This document shows positions 36,155 to 45,355 of a DNA stretch of 47,200 nt, piece by piece. Made by a program: the position numbers and the translations under genes. The DNA comes from a virus (Duplodnaviria; Caudoviricetes), in IMG/VR virus record IMGVR_UViG_3300044500_000058, positions 1 to 47,200 of that record. One strand, 5' to 3'. The first letter of the stretch is position 1. Every line of letters starts with the position of its first letter. The notes under the pieces are model-generated. The model was given only the letters and a program-made list of their open reading frames with translations, did no database searches and was not told where the DNA came from.

Positions 36155-38475
36155 GTGCCGACATCCACTTCGATGGCTGTGAAGTAGCTACCTTCCAGCA
36201 AGCTGGTGCTGCCGAGCGCCGCGAGGTTATTGAGCCCCCACACAATCCCGAAAGTGCCGCCCGATGCGCCGACCACCAACAGAGCATCGATCGGCACCTC
36301 CATGATGCTGGTCGTATCAACGATGCCGCCATTCTGGTAGCCGAGGTCGCCCATCTCATCCTGTGAGATCGGGGTCCACCTCATCGCCGGGTTAACACTT
36401 AGCGGGTTGTGGAATGACGATGTTTGACCGTTCAAGCTCTGGAATGCGAGCGTGTCGCCAGCGTGCGTGAAGTTCGTCTGCGCGCCTGGTGAACCAGCCG
36501 CATTGGCCTGCCGGAAGCGCAGGTGGCCGTACAGCCAGTACGCCTTGCCGGCGGCTGTTTCGAACTGCAGTTCCGGATCGATTGCCACGCCGTCACCCGC
36601 CACGCGTGTCAGATCCGCGGTGGTCGTGTAGAGGTTGAAGCACTCTTCATCCGGCGGCGCGCTGGACGCTGCGCTCGAGGCCGCGGACGAGCCTGCGGGC
36701 ACTTCGGCTGCCGGGAAGTCGCAGACCACCACATTCGACGGATCGGAATCAATGCCCTCGTCCGGATCGGGCCGGGCCACAACCATGTAGCGATAGGTGT
36801 GCCCCGCTTCAACCATGACGTCGGTGTACGAGAGCACGTCGCCATTGACCTCAGCGATGTCGACGAACAGGCTGCCGTCTTTCGAGCGCAGGATGATGTA
36901 CTGCGCGATCGGTGTGTCGAATTCCGCCTCGTACCAACTGATAATCGACGTCAGCCCGGTGTCCTCGCAGTCGCAAAACAGGACCACCGGCAGCGGCTGG
37001 CAATACACGTCGTCGGCCGTCTCGTCATCGTCCAGTACCCACACCAGATCGCCCGCAGTGCGAAGGTAGGTCTTCCCACTGGCCTGCGTGATGGTGTCGA
37101 TCGCGCCCGGAAAGACATACCGACTCCACGACATCTGGCGAAGGCCGGTCGTGCTGAGCACGTCCGCCTCATAGCCGAAGGTGATCCAATATTGGCCGTA
37201 GGCCGGAATGAAAGCCGAGCGCGGCTCGTAGGTGCCGTCCTTGACCCAAGCGCGGATAATCGGGTCCATCGGCTCGCCGTAGGTGCCGGCTTGCAGGTTG
37301 GTGCTGGCACCGGCGATACCGATGTTGCGCACCCCGACTTCACTCAGGAAGAACAGGTCATTTTGAAACGGCTGCAGCGCGCGGTGATACCGAGAACCGA
37401 CCGGCACGGCATCCTTCAATGCCATCTGCTGCGGATCCGGATCGACTGCCCACAATTGAAAGCCGCTGACGTTGAACGGCACGAGGTCGCTGCGATACAG
37501 ACCAAGCGCCGACACCGGGTTCGACCCGTAGGTCTGCAAGCCGAAGGGCAAGTAGCCCGCATCGTCGGTCGTTGACCAATCGAGCGGATTGACCGTCGCG
37601 CTGTAGGAAACGATGTCGTTGTCCGCCGCGAAGATTTTCGAGGCGGCAATCGCGACGATCGCCGTGTTCGGGCACTTCTCATCCTCGACACGGCGCGAGA
37701 CCCCTGTCCAGATCATCGTATTGTCGGCCACCGTCGCACCGACCTCGAGCGGGAAGGCCGGCTCGTTCGGGCCCGAGACAAGGATCGGCGCCGCTTCCCA
37801 GGTCACGGTCGACGAATCGATCGCCTGCCACGTCACCTGATTGTCGACCACCGAGTCGCCGACCACCGTCGGCCAGATCGGCTCGACCCCGCCGCTGTAG
37901 CCCGGGTCCACCTGCACCGCGGTGAAGATCAACGCGTCGATCGGTGGCGAATAGGCGTAGTTCCACTTGAAGGCGTCGACGTAGAAGTTGCGCCCGGTGT
38001 GGTTCTGCGTGACCGTCGCGCCGAGGCGGACGAAGGCGGCCGTCGCCGGGGCTGTCGCGGTGACAGCGGACTCTTTCCATTTGTCGGTGCCCGAGTCGAT
38101 CAAGACACCGTTGTCGATGCGGATGCTGGCGAGCCCGGCCGTCAGCCACTCAATCTGAATGCGCCCCGACATCCCGTCTTCACCGCGGCGGCACTGGCAC
38201 GAAGCCGTGAGCACGAGGCCCGGCACCACCGGGCTCGCCGTGGCCTGATAGATCCGGTATGTGCCGACGAAGCCGCGACTGCGCGCGGTGTATGTCCCGT
38301 CGAAATTTGCAACGTACTGGTCAATCGTCCAGCCGCTTTCCTTGGTCCAGCCGCTGTCGCCGTCCTCGAAGCTCGCGTTGACCGGCGGCTGCGCGACCAC
38401 GGCCGCCCGCGAAGCGCGCTGCACGACCGCGCCCGGGGCGTAGAGCGTACCGGCGGTCCAAGTCGGTGTGCTCAC
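36151..38475 (-). CDS. Multidomain tail nozzle-like protein (CBM-like insert, propeller core, FN3-like domain, repeated domain)
   Basis: NASFEDG..GW carbohydrate-binding-like domain; SG..EP.WP...G..V.D...W repeats; propeller-like core ending MSWSRY. Confidence 0.65.
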   Translation of the reverse strand: MSTPTWTAGTLYAPGAVVQRASRAAVVAQPPVNASFEDGDSGWTKESGWTIDQYVANFDGTYTARSRGFVGTYRIYQATASPVVPGLVLTASCQCRRGEDGMSGRIQIEWLTAGLASIRIDNGVLIDSGTDKWKESAVTATAPATAAFVRLGATVTQNHTGRNFYVDAFKWNYAYSPPIDALIFTAVQVDPGYSGGVEPIWPTVVGDSVVDNQVTWQAIDSSTVTWEAAPILVSGPNEPAFPLEVGATVADNTMIWTGVSRRVEDEKCPNTAIVAIAASKIFAADNDIVSYSATVNPLDWSTTDDAGYLPFGLQTYGSNPVSALGLYRSDLVPFNVSGFQLWAVDPDPQQMALKDAVPVGSRYHRALQPFQNDLFFLSEVGVRNIGIAGASTNLQAGTYGEPMDPIIRAWVKDGTYEPRSAFIPAYGQYWITFGYEADVLSTTGLRQMSWSRYVFPGAIDTITQASGKTYLRTAGDLVWVLDDDETADDVYCQPLPVVLFCDCEDTGLTSIISWYEAEFDTPIAQYIILRSKDGSLFVDIAEVNGDVLSYTDVMVEAGHTYRYMVVARPDPDEGIDSDPSNVVVCDFPAAEVPAGSSAASSAASSAPPDEECFNLYTTTADLTRVAGDGVAIDPELQFETAAGKAYWLYGHLRFRQANAAGSPGAQTNFTHAGDTLAFQSLNGQTSSFHNPLSVNPAMRWTPISQDEMGDLGYQNGGIVDTTSIMEVPIDALLVVGASGGTFGIVWGLNNLAALGSTSLLEGSYFTAIEVDVGT

Positions 38476-39731
38476 CGCAGCACCTCTCGGGTCGTGTCAG
38501 AGAACGTGCCGTAGCGATCCGTCGTGCCCGAGGTCGGTGCGGTCGAACCGGTCGGATCCTGCGTCGTGGTCGGCGTGTTGACGTCCGGCGGATTGTCCGT
38601 CGACTCGATCACGGTCGCGCCGTCCTCGGTCGGCCACACCGGCTCTTCGGTGCCCGAGCGCGGGTTCGACCCGGTGGTCGCGATGCAGGTGTAGAAGTAA
38701 TCGTTGTAGACCGTCGGCTCGATGATGCTCTGCTCGTAGCCCGACCCACCGGTCCCGTCGTAGCGCGGGACATTCGCAGCCCAAGGCGGATTTGCGCTTC
38801 CCAAGCGCGATGCGCGGTAAACGAGACCGGTGGGCGTCGACGGGTAGACCAGATCACCTGCCTTGTAGATGTGACCGGCTTCCCACTGCTTCCCAGGTTG
38901 CAGCCAGTAGTGATAGATGTTGCCGTTCTCGAATTCCGCGACGACGTACAGCGCGCCCATGAACGGCTCGGCGAAATGGATCTTGTTGAGCGCGATCGTG
39001 TTGCCGAGCACCGTCGTGACCGTGCCGGTGGTCGCGTCGAAGGTGACGTTGTACTTGAAGCCGTCGACGAACACCTGCGCCGGCGCATCCGGCAAGGTCC
39101 ACGTCCACTCGCGATAGGTGCCACCATCGACCCCGTCCGGCACGTCCGCGTCGACCGTCGCAAAGGTCCGTTCGAACAGCAGCGAATCGGTAAAGGTGAA
39201 GGACTCAAAGGCGTCGGTCGGCGCCGCAACGCCGTCACGCGCCAGCCGGATGCCGATCACACTGGTGAGCGGATCGTCGCCGTGCGTATAGAACGACACC
39301 AGCGTCAAGCCATTGCTGAGCGTGACCGGTTCGAACGAGCCGAAGGCGCCGTTGCCGAGCGAGTCGCCCGGATCCGCGCCGACGTACACGTCGTAGACCG
39401 GCGTCAGTTCCAGCTTAGCCGCCGTCAGCACGAAAGTCGCTGCCGCGGTCTCGGTCGTGATGTTCGGGTGCACCAGCAGGTTCAAGGTGAACCCCGCCGG
39501 CACGTACACGGCCTGGTGACAGAAGGTGTGCAGCGAGCCGTCGAACGCCGTGAGCCCGCGCGTCGCGGAGTCCAGCTTCGCAAGGCGCAACGTCCCCGGA
39601 CGCACGACCACGGTGCCCGACTGCGTGCAGTAGGCGTTCAACAGGTCGTAGAGGCTGTCCGCCCGTGCGCCGCCCTTGAGTCGGAGCCGGTTGATGCCGC
39701 CCTTGATCGTGGTAAGGGGCGCTGCGCGCAT
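38472..39731 (-). CDS. Tail protein resembling the N-terminal part of podoviral nozzle/stabilisation proteins
   Basis: GGINR...LLNAY....G....RPG start motif; WEAGHIY..GD.V and SGTEEPVWP repeats. Confidence 0.65.
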   Translation of the reverse strand: MRAAPLTTIKGGINRLRLKGGARADSLYDLLNAYCTQSGTVVVRPGTLRLAKLDSATRGLTAFDGSLHTFCHQAVYVPAGFTLNLLVHPNITTETAAATFVLTAAKLELTPVYDVYVGADPGDSLGNGAFGSFEPVTLSNGLTLVSFYTHGDDPLTSVIGIRLARDGVAAPTDAFESFTFTDSLLFERTFATVDADVPDGVDGGTYREWTWTLPDAPAQVFVDGFKYNVTFDATTGTVTTVLGNTIALNKIHFAEPFMGALYVVAEFENGNIYHYWLQPGKQWEAGHIYKAGDLVYPSTPTGLVYRASRLGSANPPWAANVPRYDGTGGSGYEQSIIEPTVYNDYFYTCIATTGSNPRSGTEEPVWPTEDGATVIESTDNPPDVNTPTTTQDPTGSTAPTSGTTDRYGTFSDTTREVLR

Positions 39732-39733
39732 GG

Positions 39734-40465
39734 TCAGTCGTCGAACGCAGTCATCGTCGGGCGCACCATTGGCGCCGGCGCGGCCGCGCCCGGGATGTAG
39801 CGCGCATCACCGTGCGAGTCCGCCACCAGCGTGCCAAGCATGGTCTGCGCCTCGGTGGCGATGTCCGCGGCATCGGGCTGGCCGTAGTGGTTCTTCGCGT
39901 TGGCGAGTGCCCACAGGAACAGCAACTCGCTATCGACCGTGCACTGGTCATCGTCCTCGGTGAACCGCGACAGCCCGAAATGTCCCTTGATGTGCAGGGT
40001 GTACGCGGCCGACGGCGCCGGATAGACCTCAATGTTCTGGCGAATCTCGTAGCAGCACGGAATGCCCGGCTGCGTCACGGTGGCGAAGTACCCCGCGTTG
40101 ATGCCGCGACTGAGCGGCAGCCAGGCGCCGTTCAAGTCCTCGACCCACGCGCCGGTGATGCGCTCCGGGTGCAGCTTGCGGGTGCAGGTCGGATCGTCCT
40201 GCGCCTCATTGTCGAGCACGGCGTAGAAGCGCTCGCCCACCGCCATCGTCCAGTGGAAGTAGCGCTCGGTCTGCAGCGCGCGGTAGCGCCGATACAGAAA
40301 GTTCTGCCCGCGCTGCAGGAAGTTGTTGAGCAGCATCGTCATGCCGGGCGGCGGGTTGTTCGTCTGCGCGGCGTAGCCGAGACGAATCAGCAGGTCTTCT
40401 CGCAACGTCCCGAGGGTGTCGTTGTAGTAGAAGCCGGCATCGCAAGGGGCGTTGTAGACAGGCAT
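39734..40465 (-). CDS. Head-tail adaptor (tail tubular protein A-like)
   Basis: TLGTLR..L..RLG, G.P..Y.....IEVYPAP...Y.L; position after the capsid genes. Confidence 0.75.
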   Translation of the reverse strand: MPVYNAPCDAGFYYNDTLGTLREDLLIRLGYAAQTNNPPPGMTMLLNNFLQRGQNFLYRRYRALQTERYFHWTMAVGERFYAVLDNEAQDDPTCTRKLHPERITGAWVEDLNGAWLPLSRGINAGYFATVTQPGIPCCYEIRQNIEVYPAPSAAYTLHIKGHFGLSRFTEDDDQCTVDSELLFLWALANAKNHYGQPDAADIATEAQTMLGTLVADSHGDARYIPGAAAPAPMVRPTMTAFDD

Positions 40466-40479
40466 GACAGCACCCCACT

Positions 40480-40513
40480 AAAAGAGGGCGGGTCGGCGAA
40501 CCGACCCACCCCC
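40480..40513 (-). terminator. Rho-independent terminator after the capsid cluster
   Basis: Minus strand GGGGGTGGGTCGG-TTCG-CCGACCCGCCCTC-TTTT. Confidence 0.75.
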
Positions 40514-40555
40514 GGTATGCCTACGCGCAGGAGGGGACACGCAGGCGACCACTCG

Positions 40556-40978
40556 TCACTGCTCGATGGCCCGGGCCCCTTCCGCCATGACCGGAGCGTC
40601 TGCAAACAATTCCGCAGTGGGGTCATCGACCTCACCGACGTCACCCGTCGCCGTGTGCACCACGTCGCTGCCGCCCTCGGCGAGCGTGTGGACCCGGGCG
40701 ATTTCCTCACCGAGCTTGCGCACACCGTTGCTGCCAACGCCGTAGACCATCGCGACGTACGGCTGCCCGTTGTCGGTGTCCAGCTTGTAGCGAGCGAACA
40801 GCCGGTGATATTCCTCGGCCGCCTCCGGCAGCGCATGACGCACGACCACTTCGTCTTTCACGACGCAGCGCTCCTCGCCGTTGGCCGCCGCCAGCACCGG
40901 CACTTCCCATGGCGGCACCGCCACCGTGAAGATGTAGTCCGAAGACCGGGTGATTTCGACGTTGACGTACTTGAACAC
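40556..40978 (-). CDS. Hypothetical virion-associated protein (140 aa)
   Basis: GGAGG SD before GTG 40978; V.PWEV.VL, EY.RL..RY, VYG motifs. Confidence 0.7.
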   Translation of the reverse strand: MFKYVNVEITRSSDYIFTVAVPPWEVPVLAAANGEERCVVKDEVVVRHALPEAAEEYHRLFARYKLDTDNGQPYVAMVYGVGSNGVRKLGEEIARVHTLAEGGSDVVHTATGDVGEVDDPTAELFADAPVMAEGARAIEQ

Positions 40979-41007
40979 AGGGAAACCCTCCTGGGGTTGC
41001 GGATGAA

Positions 41008-41250
41008 TCAGTTGCCGACCGCGAACAGGTTGGCCGCCGTGGACACCTTGACGTACTGCTTGTTGAGCGTGACGACGGTGACACCGGCCGGGCACGACGC
41101 GAGCGTACCGTAGGTCGAATTGTCCGCCGAGTCCTGCAGCGTCAGCGTGCCGCCGGTGAAGTTGAGAATCAGGACCGTGTTGTTCGCGAGGAACGGCACC
41201 TTCTGTGTCGCGAGATCGGTCGCCGTGTTGCTGAAAGTGATCGAACGCAT
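41008..41250 (-). CDS. Small beta-rich protein, candidate capsid decoration protein
   Basis: GGAG SD; directly after the major capsid gene. Confidence 0.6.
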   Translation of the reverse strand: MRSITFSNTATDLATQKVPFLANNTVLILNFTGGTLTLQDSADNSTYGTLASCPAGVTVVTLNKQYVKVSTAANLFAVGN

Positions 41251-41310
41251 TTTCGTAGCTCTCCGAAGAAGGGTGAGGGTCGGCCGAGCTCACAACCCGG
41301 CCGGATCCGA

Positions 41311-42363
41311 TCAGTAGATGGACAGGACGGCGTGCGCGTTGCGCTTGCTGGTCGTCAGAGCAGCCTTGCTCGTGAGCGCCCAGTAATGCACGTAGCGGTC
41401 GTACACACGCGGCGGCTTGCGCGGCACCTGCCAGTGGCCCTTGATCGGGCGCAGCTTCATGAACTGGGTGTTGATGAAGTAGCAGCGCTTGGCCCACTCG
41501 GTCGCCGGCGAGTCCGCCGTGTCGAGCACGTCAAACACCGGGTCCCACACCAGCTCGACGCCCTTGAAGTACACGCCGTCGGTCGACGCATCCAGCTCGG
41601 TGTTGCCGCGGCCGGTCTTCGTGAGCTGACGGTTGACCGTCAATCCCGCATCGATCCGGTAGGCATCGAGGAAGTCCGCACCCACGAGGATGAAGTCCGG
41701 AGCGTTGCCGCCGTAACGGGTGCACTCGCGCCAGGCGATTTCCATGTGGTTGACCAGGTTGCCCGCGGTCGTCGTGTGGATGTCGAGATCCGCCGTATTC
41801 CTCCACCAGGCGTAGGTGCTCTGGTTGAGCGCACCGATCGTGGCCGAAGCGGACGGGGTGAGCGAGATCAGCGAGTCGAGACCGGCGATGTCCGTGGCCG
41901 AGGCCGAACCGTCGCGGTGCAGCATCAGGTCGAAGTTCTCTTCAAAGCCCGTCTTGAGCGACGCCATGTTCTCTTCGAACAGGTTCGTCAACTGGACCAC
42001 TTCGGCGCCGCCCGGGACGGCATTCTTGTCGTCCGTCATGGTGATGCCGTTCTGCGCCAGCTCGTCCTCGTTCAAGCCGAAGCCGTCGTGGAAGGAGCCC
42101 CACGTGTACTTCGCCTGCTGGATCGTGCGCTTGCGGTTGTACGTGACCGTGCTGTCGCCGAAGTACGACTGGAAGTTCGAGTCGTTCTGGTAGCGGAGCT
42201 GTTCGACGACGTACTGCAGGCCGCCCGCGTAGGGCGCCTTGCCGGCCGACAGCTTCTTGATCAGCGGTCGAGCGGTGTTGATTTGGTCGATCGGGTCGTT
42301 CTTGAGGTAGAAGTCGAGCGCGGCGCGGCCGGCATACGACAACTGTTCGGCATTGAAAGGCAT
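41311..42363 (-). CDS. Major capsid protein
   Basis: 350 aa, GGAG SD; HK97-like layout (G...GL..., PDFIL, FKGVELVWD, CYFIN, LT...RNAHAV); downstream of the scaffold. Confidence 0.88.
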   Translation of the reverse strand: MPFNAEQLSYAGRAALDFYLKNDPIDQINTARPLIKKLSAGKAPYAGGLQYVVEQLRYQNDSNFQSYFGDSTVTYNRKRTIQQAKYTWGSFHDGFGLNEDELAQNGITMTDDKNAVPGGAEVVQLTNLFEENMASLKTGFEENFDLMLHRDGSASATDIAGLDSLISLTPSASATIGALNQSTYAWWRNTADLDIHTTTAGNLVNHMEIAWRECTRYGGNAPDFILVGADFLDAYRIDAGLTVNRQLTKTGRGNTELDASTDGVYFKGVELVWDPVFDVLDTADSPATEWAKRCYFINTQFMKLRPIKGHWQVPRKPPRVYDRYVHYWALTSKAALTTSKRNAHAVLSIY

Positions 42364-42476
42364 GGAGTGTCTCCGAAGCAAAAGGGTTTACCGTTTGCCA
42401 GGGAGTAACGAGCCCGTGGAACTTGTGCCGGGTGCGAGTCCGGTCCCTTGCGGTAGGGGTGCTCCCCTCAGCGCAG

Positions 42477-43289
42477 TTACTTGAAGCTGGATGAAATCAC
42501 AGCACTACTATGAATGTCAACAGGTACCGCCCAGCCGTTACGCGCGAAAAGTTCGTATTCTTTCGCCGTCACCGGCATCATCCAGCCGGGCGGCACGTCG
42601 CACTTGCCGGTGTTCGGCACCTGGAAGGTCTTCACCGCGCGCAGGTAGTAGGTCGGCGTCGTCTTGTACGCGGCGAAAATATCCGGTACGCGCGCCGCCG
42701 GCAGCACTTCATCCGGCGTGTAGCGCTGGAAGGTCGAGGTCATCAACCCGCCCGCCGGACGAATCACCGCGCCTTCGAGCCGCAGCTTCATGCGCGTCAT
42801 CGACGACTTCCAAGTCGCTTCCATGCGCCCGAGACTGACATTCGGCGCAAGCGCATCGTGGAAGTACGTACCGCTCTGGTAGCAGTCGATGCCGATCGGC
42901 ACGATCGGCGAGCCGCCGAGCAGCGCCGCGAAGGCGATCGCCAGTTGCCCGCTGTTGCCCTGCGACGGCCAGTTGCCCGCACGGTAGTCGCCCCAGTAGT
43001 GCTGCGTCACGATAAGATGGCGGCCGTGCGCGCGGAGGCGATCCTCCATGAACTCTTTCGTTTCGAGGTGCCTATGGTCTTTGGCGAAAATGTAGTGTGG
43101 TCGGAGACCGAGTTTGAAGCCGTGGTCGTTGGCGAAGACCCACACGGGGTCTTTCAAACGCAATTTGGTGAGCTGTTCTGGCGCGCTCGGGCCCCCGCCG
43201 ACCACTACTACCGGCCGACCGCGGTGCAGACCGTACAAATCGGCGACCAGTCGGCCGCGTGGAATGATGCGTTTATCGGTAGTGCTCAC
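42477..43289 (-). CDS. Maf/DUF115/GT42-like glycosyltransferase-fold protein
   Basis: VVVVGGGPS, VFAND, NSGQLAIAFAALLGGSPIVPIGIDCY..YFH matches the GxGPS...SG...A...G...I.L.G.D signature. Confidence 0.72.
   Translation of the reverse strand: MSTTDKRIIPRGRLVADLYGLHRGRPVVVVGGGPSAPEQLTKLRLKDPVWVFANDHGFKLGLRPHYIFAKDHRHLETKEFMEDRLRAHGRHLIVTQHYWGDYRAGNWPSQGNSGQLAIAFAALLGGSPIVPIGIDCYQSGTYFHDALAPNVSLGRMEATWKSSMTRMKLRLEGAVIRPAGGLMTSTFQRYTPDEVLPAARVPDIFAAYKTTPTYYLRAVKTFQVPNTGKCDVPPGWMMPVTAKEYELFARNGWAVPVDIHSSAVISSSFK
42493..42520 (-). promoter_or_regulatory. Possible sigma70-type promoter for the capsid gene
   Basis: Perfect TTGACA (42520-42515) with weak GATTTC 16 nt downstream, about 130 nt before the MCP start. 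Confidence 0.35.
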
Positions 43290-44025
43290 GAATCCACGGG
43301 GAAACCTTGAGGGCTTCCTCGTCCCACGGATCGGGCTTGCCGGTGAAAAAGACAATTTTCGCATTCACCGGCAGTCGGCGCGGTTCCTTCGGCCACTGGA
43401 ACGCGCTGACCGGCCTATGCCGCGGGTTGCGCGGCACGAGCTGCATGTACGAGTAGACCCCATCGTTCTGCCCCCAGCTCGGGAAGCGGTTGCCGTAGCA
43501 GTACGCCATCCAACCCTGGTCCGAGCCACGGCAGCCTTTCTTCGTCGCGAGCGCCGGCGAGCGCTCCGGGTGGAAGCTATCCCACACAAACGACTGAGAA
43601 CCGGGGTCCATGCCGAAAAACGACCCACACAGCGGGATGGCCGGAATATGCGAGCGCATCGCAACGAACGGCTCCGGTCGATCGAGCAGCGCGGTGATGT
43701 CGTGCGTGATCACTTTGTCGAGATCCATGCAGTAGAACCTCTCCCCGATCAGCCGACCGAACCACTTCGAGAACACTTTCAGTCGTCGGTAGCATGACGG
43801 GCCGTCCTTCCACGTCGGGTTCGGAACGTGCGCGTAGTCGTCCCACAGCGGGATGACTTCCACCTCCGGGTCGAGTCCGCTCGGGTCGTCGGTCACGCAC
43901 ACGAAGCGATGCGGCGTCTGGTAGTGGCGCAACAGCATGCGGCGTGACGTGTTGACGTGTTCGAAGGTGAACGTCGACCGGTAGCCCGGCTTCGGCTGCC
44001 ACTTGAAGGTGACGATCGCCGTCAC
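43273..44025 (-). CDS. GT-A fold glycosyltransferase (DxD, GT8-like)
   Basis: FVCVTDD, RLKVF, YCMDLD, GSDQGW, IVFFTGKPDPW. Confidence 0.8.
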   Translation of the reverse strand: MTAIVTFKWQPKPGYRSTFTFEHVNTSRRMLLRHYQTPHRFVCVTDDPSGLDPEVEVIPLWDDYAHVPNPTWKDGPSCYRRLKVFSKWFGRLIGERFYCMDLDKVITHDITALLDRPEPFVAMRSHIPAIPLCGSFFGMDPGSQSFVWDSFHPERSPALATKKGCRGSDQGWMAYCYGNRFPSWGQNDGVYSYMQLVPRNPRHRPVSAFQWPKEPRRLPVNAKIVFFTGKPDPWDEEALKVSPWIREHYR

Positions 44026-44285
44026 AGGTCGTACTGCAGTGCAACCCGCGCCTCGTATTCCATGTCTGCGGTGACGGTGCAATGCCGCGGCTCGCGCGGG
44101 TGCATGCGGTCGATCAGGTTAGCGAAGAGAGCGGCTGTCCGCGACCCCTCGAGGCTTTTGCGCCCAAAAAACCCCGAGATAGTCTCCCTTGGCAATGAGC
44201 CAAACGGAAACAGCAAGAAAGCACACCACAGCATATTGAGAGCGAGCCGCTGTGCGTGCAATTTTCGCCAGACTACGTGGACCAT
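44022..44285 (-). CDS. Small hypothetical protein
   Basis: N....G.P.ETISG..G...ID...P.HC pattern; overlap-coupled within the cluster. Confidence 0.65.
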   Translation of the reverse strand: MVHVVWRKLHAQRLALNMLWCAFLLFPFGSLPRETISGFFGRKSLEGSRTAALFANLIDRMHPREPRHCTVTADMEYEARVALQYDL

Positions 44286-45178
44286 ACCCCCGCCTCGTAC
44301 TCATCGAGCAGCAGTTCCCACATTTCCGACCATCTCCTGTCGGATCCGAAGAACTGCGCCTCCATGCAGTTACCCGGCGACGGCCAGGGCCAGGCGAGGC
44401 TCGTCTCGATCATCCGCCACCCCGTTGGCGATTTCAGAATGTCGAGTGCACACCACTTCGAGCCGATCGCGTCGAACACTCCGTCGGCGAAATGTAGCAG
44501 CGACTTGAGATCGTCGTCCAATTCTTTTACGCCGTCGACGTTTCCGGTTTGAGCGGTAAGGGTGCCGGGCGCGTTGTAGCGCTTGAAAATGGCTCGTGCC
44601 CGCCCGACCCGATTGACACGAAAGGTGGTGTCGTGAGGGATGTACTCCTGGAGTAGAACGTAGCCACGCTGAATCGATTTGAGGTCAGTCGTTCCCGGAC
44701 CGCCTGCGCAATGAGTGACAGAGATGCCTCGGGTAAAAAGCTGTTGGACATGAGCCAGTTGCTCCGCTTGCGTGTGCAGCACGCGCACGTTGTAGGAAGA
44801 GGCACCGACGTCGGCCTTCGACACCAGCGCACCGTGGTAGGAAGCGATGAACTCGCTCGCCTGCATCTTGTTCTCGAAGCGCCAGGTCGGCGGCATCCAC
44901 GCGCCCCAGCGCCAGAATTGCGCACTCTTGTCCTCGTAGACCTCCACCTGCGCCCAGTCCTGAATCATCGTCAGATGATCGGCCATCAGGTGATAGTCGG
45001 TGTGATTCTGCTGCAGGATGGTCGGCGCCGCGTGCGGGCGCAGGAAGCCGAGGCCAGGCGCGTCGGCCTCGTGGCCGCGGTTGATGCGTCGGGTCACATA
45101 CCCACGCGCCGCACCCGCGTCCGTGAGCGGGCGCCACCAGACGTTGCGCTCGTCAAGGACGGTGATTCTTTTGTCCAC
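44273..45178 (-). CDS. ATP-grasp ligase (RimK-like)
   Basis: EDK..Q, MPPTW, VSKA..GASS..V, LLQEYIP...FRV, ALDIL......MIE. Confidence 0.8.
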   Translation of the reverse strand: MDKRITVLDERNVWWRPLTDAGAARGYVTRRINRGHEADAPGLGFLRPHAAPTILQQNHTDYHLMADHLTMIQDWAQVEVYEDKSAQFWRWGAWMPPTWRFENKMQASEFIASYHGALVSKADVGASSYNVRVLHTQAEQLAHVQQLFTRGISVTHCAGGPGTTDLKSIQRGYVLLQEYIPHDTTFRVNRVGRARAIFKRYNAPGTLTAQTGNVDGVKELDDDLKSLLHFADGVFDAIGSKWCALDILKSPTGWRMIETSLAWPWPSPGNCMEAQFFGSDRRWSEMWELLLDEYEAGVWST

Positions 45179-45332
45179 GCCGCCAACCAATCAATCGGTA
45201 GGGATAACTGCGCAGGAATGTCGCGATCGGCGAATCGCCGTCGGCGATCGGCTCCCGCACTTCCTGCTTACGCGCCCTGAGCCACTGCAAATGCTCCGTA
45301 ATCACGCGCTGTCTCTCGTCCCGCGTCAACAT
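45153..45332 (-). CDS. Small hypothetical protein (59 aa)
   Basis: AAGG SD; fills the gap between scaffold and ATP-grasp genes. Confidence 0.4.
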   Translation of the reverse strand: MLTRDERQRVITEHLQWLRARKQEVREPIADGDSPIATFLRSYPYRLIGWRRGQKNHRP

Positions 45333-45355
45333 ACGGCCTTTGCGGCCCCTGCTCA

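Noticed and set aside
41281-41303. Hairpin after the major capsid stop as a terminator
   Set aside because: A stem is present but there is no U-tract; the clear terminator lies at 40480-40513.
42425-42445. T-arm-like GGTGCGAGTCC suggesting a tRNA
   Set aside because: It lacks TTCGA, and no acceptor, D or anticodon arms are evident; it is also antisense to the operon.
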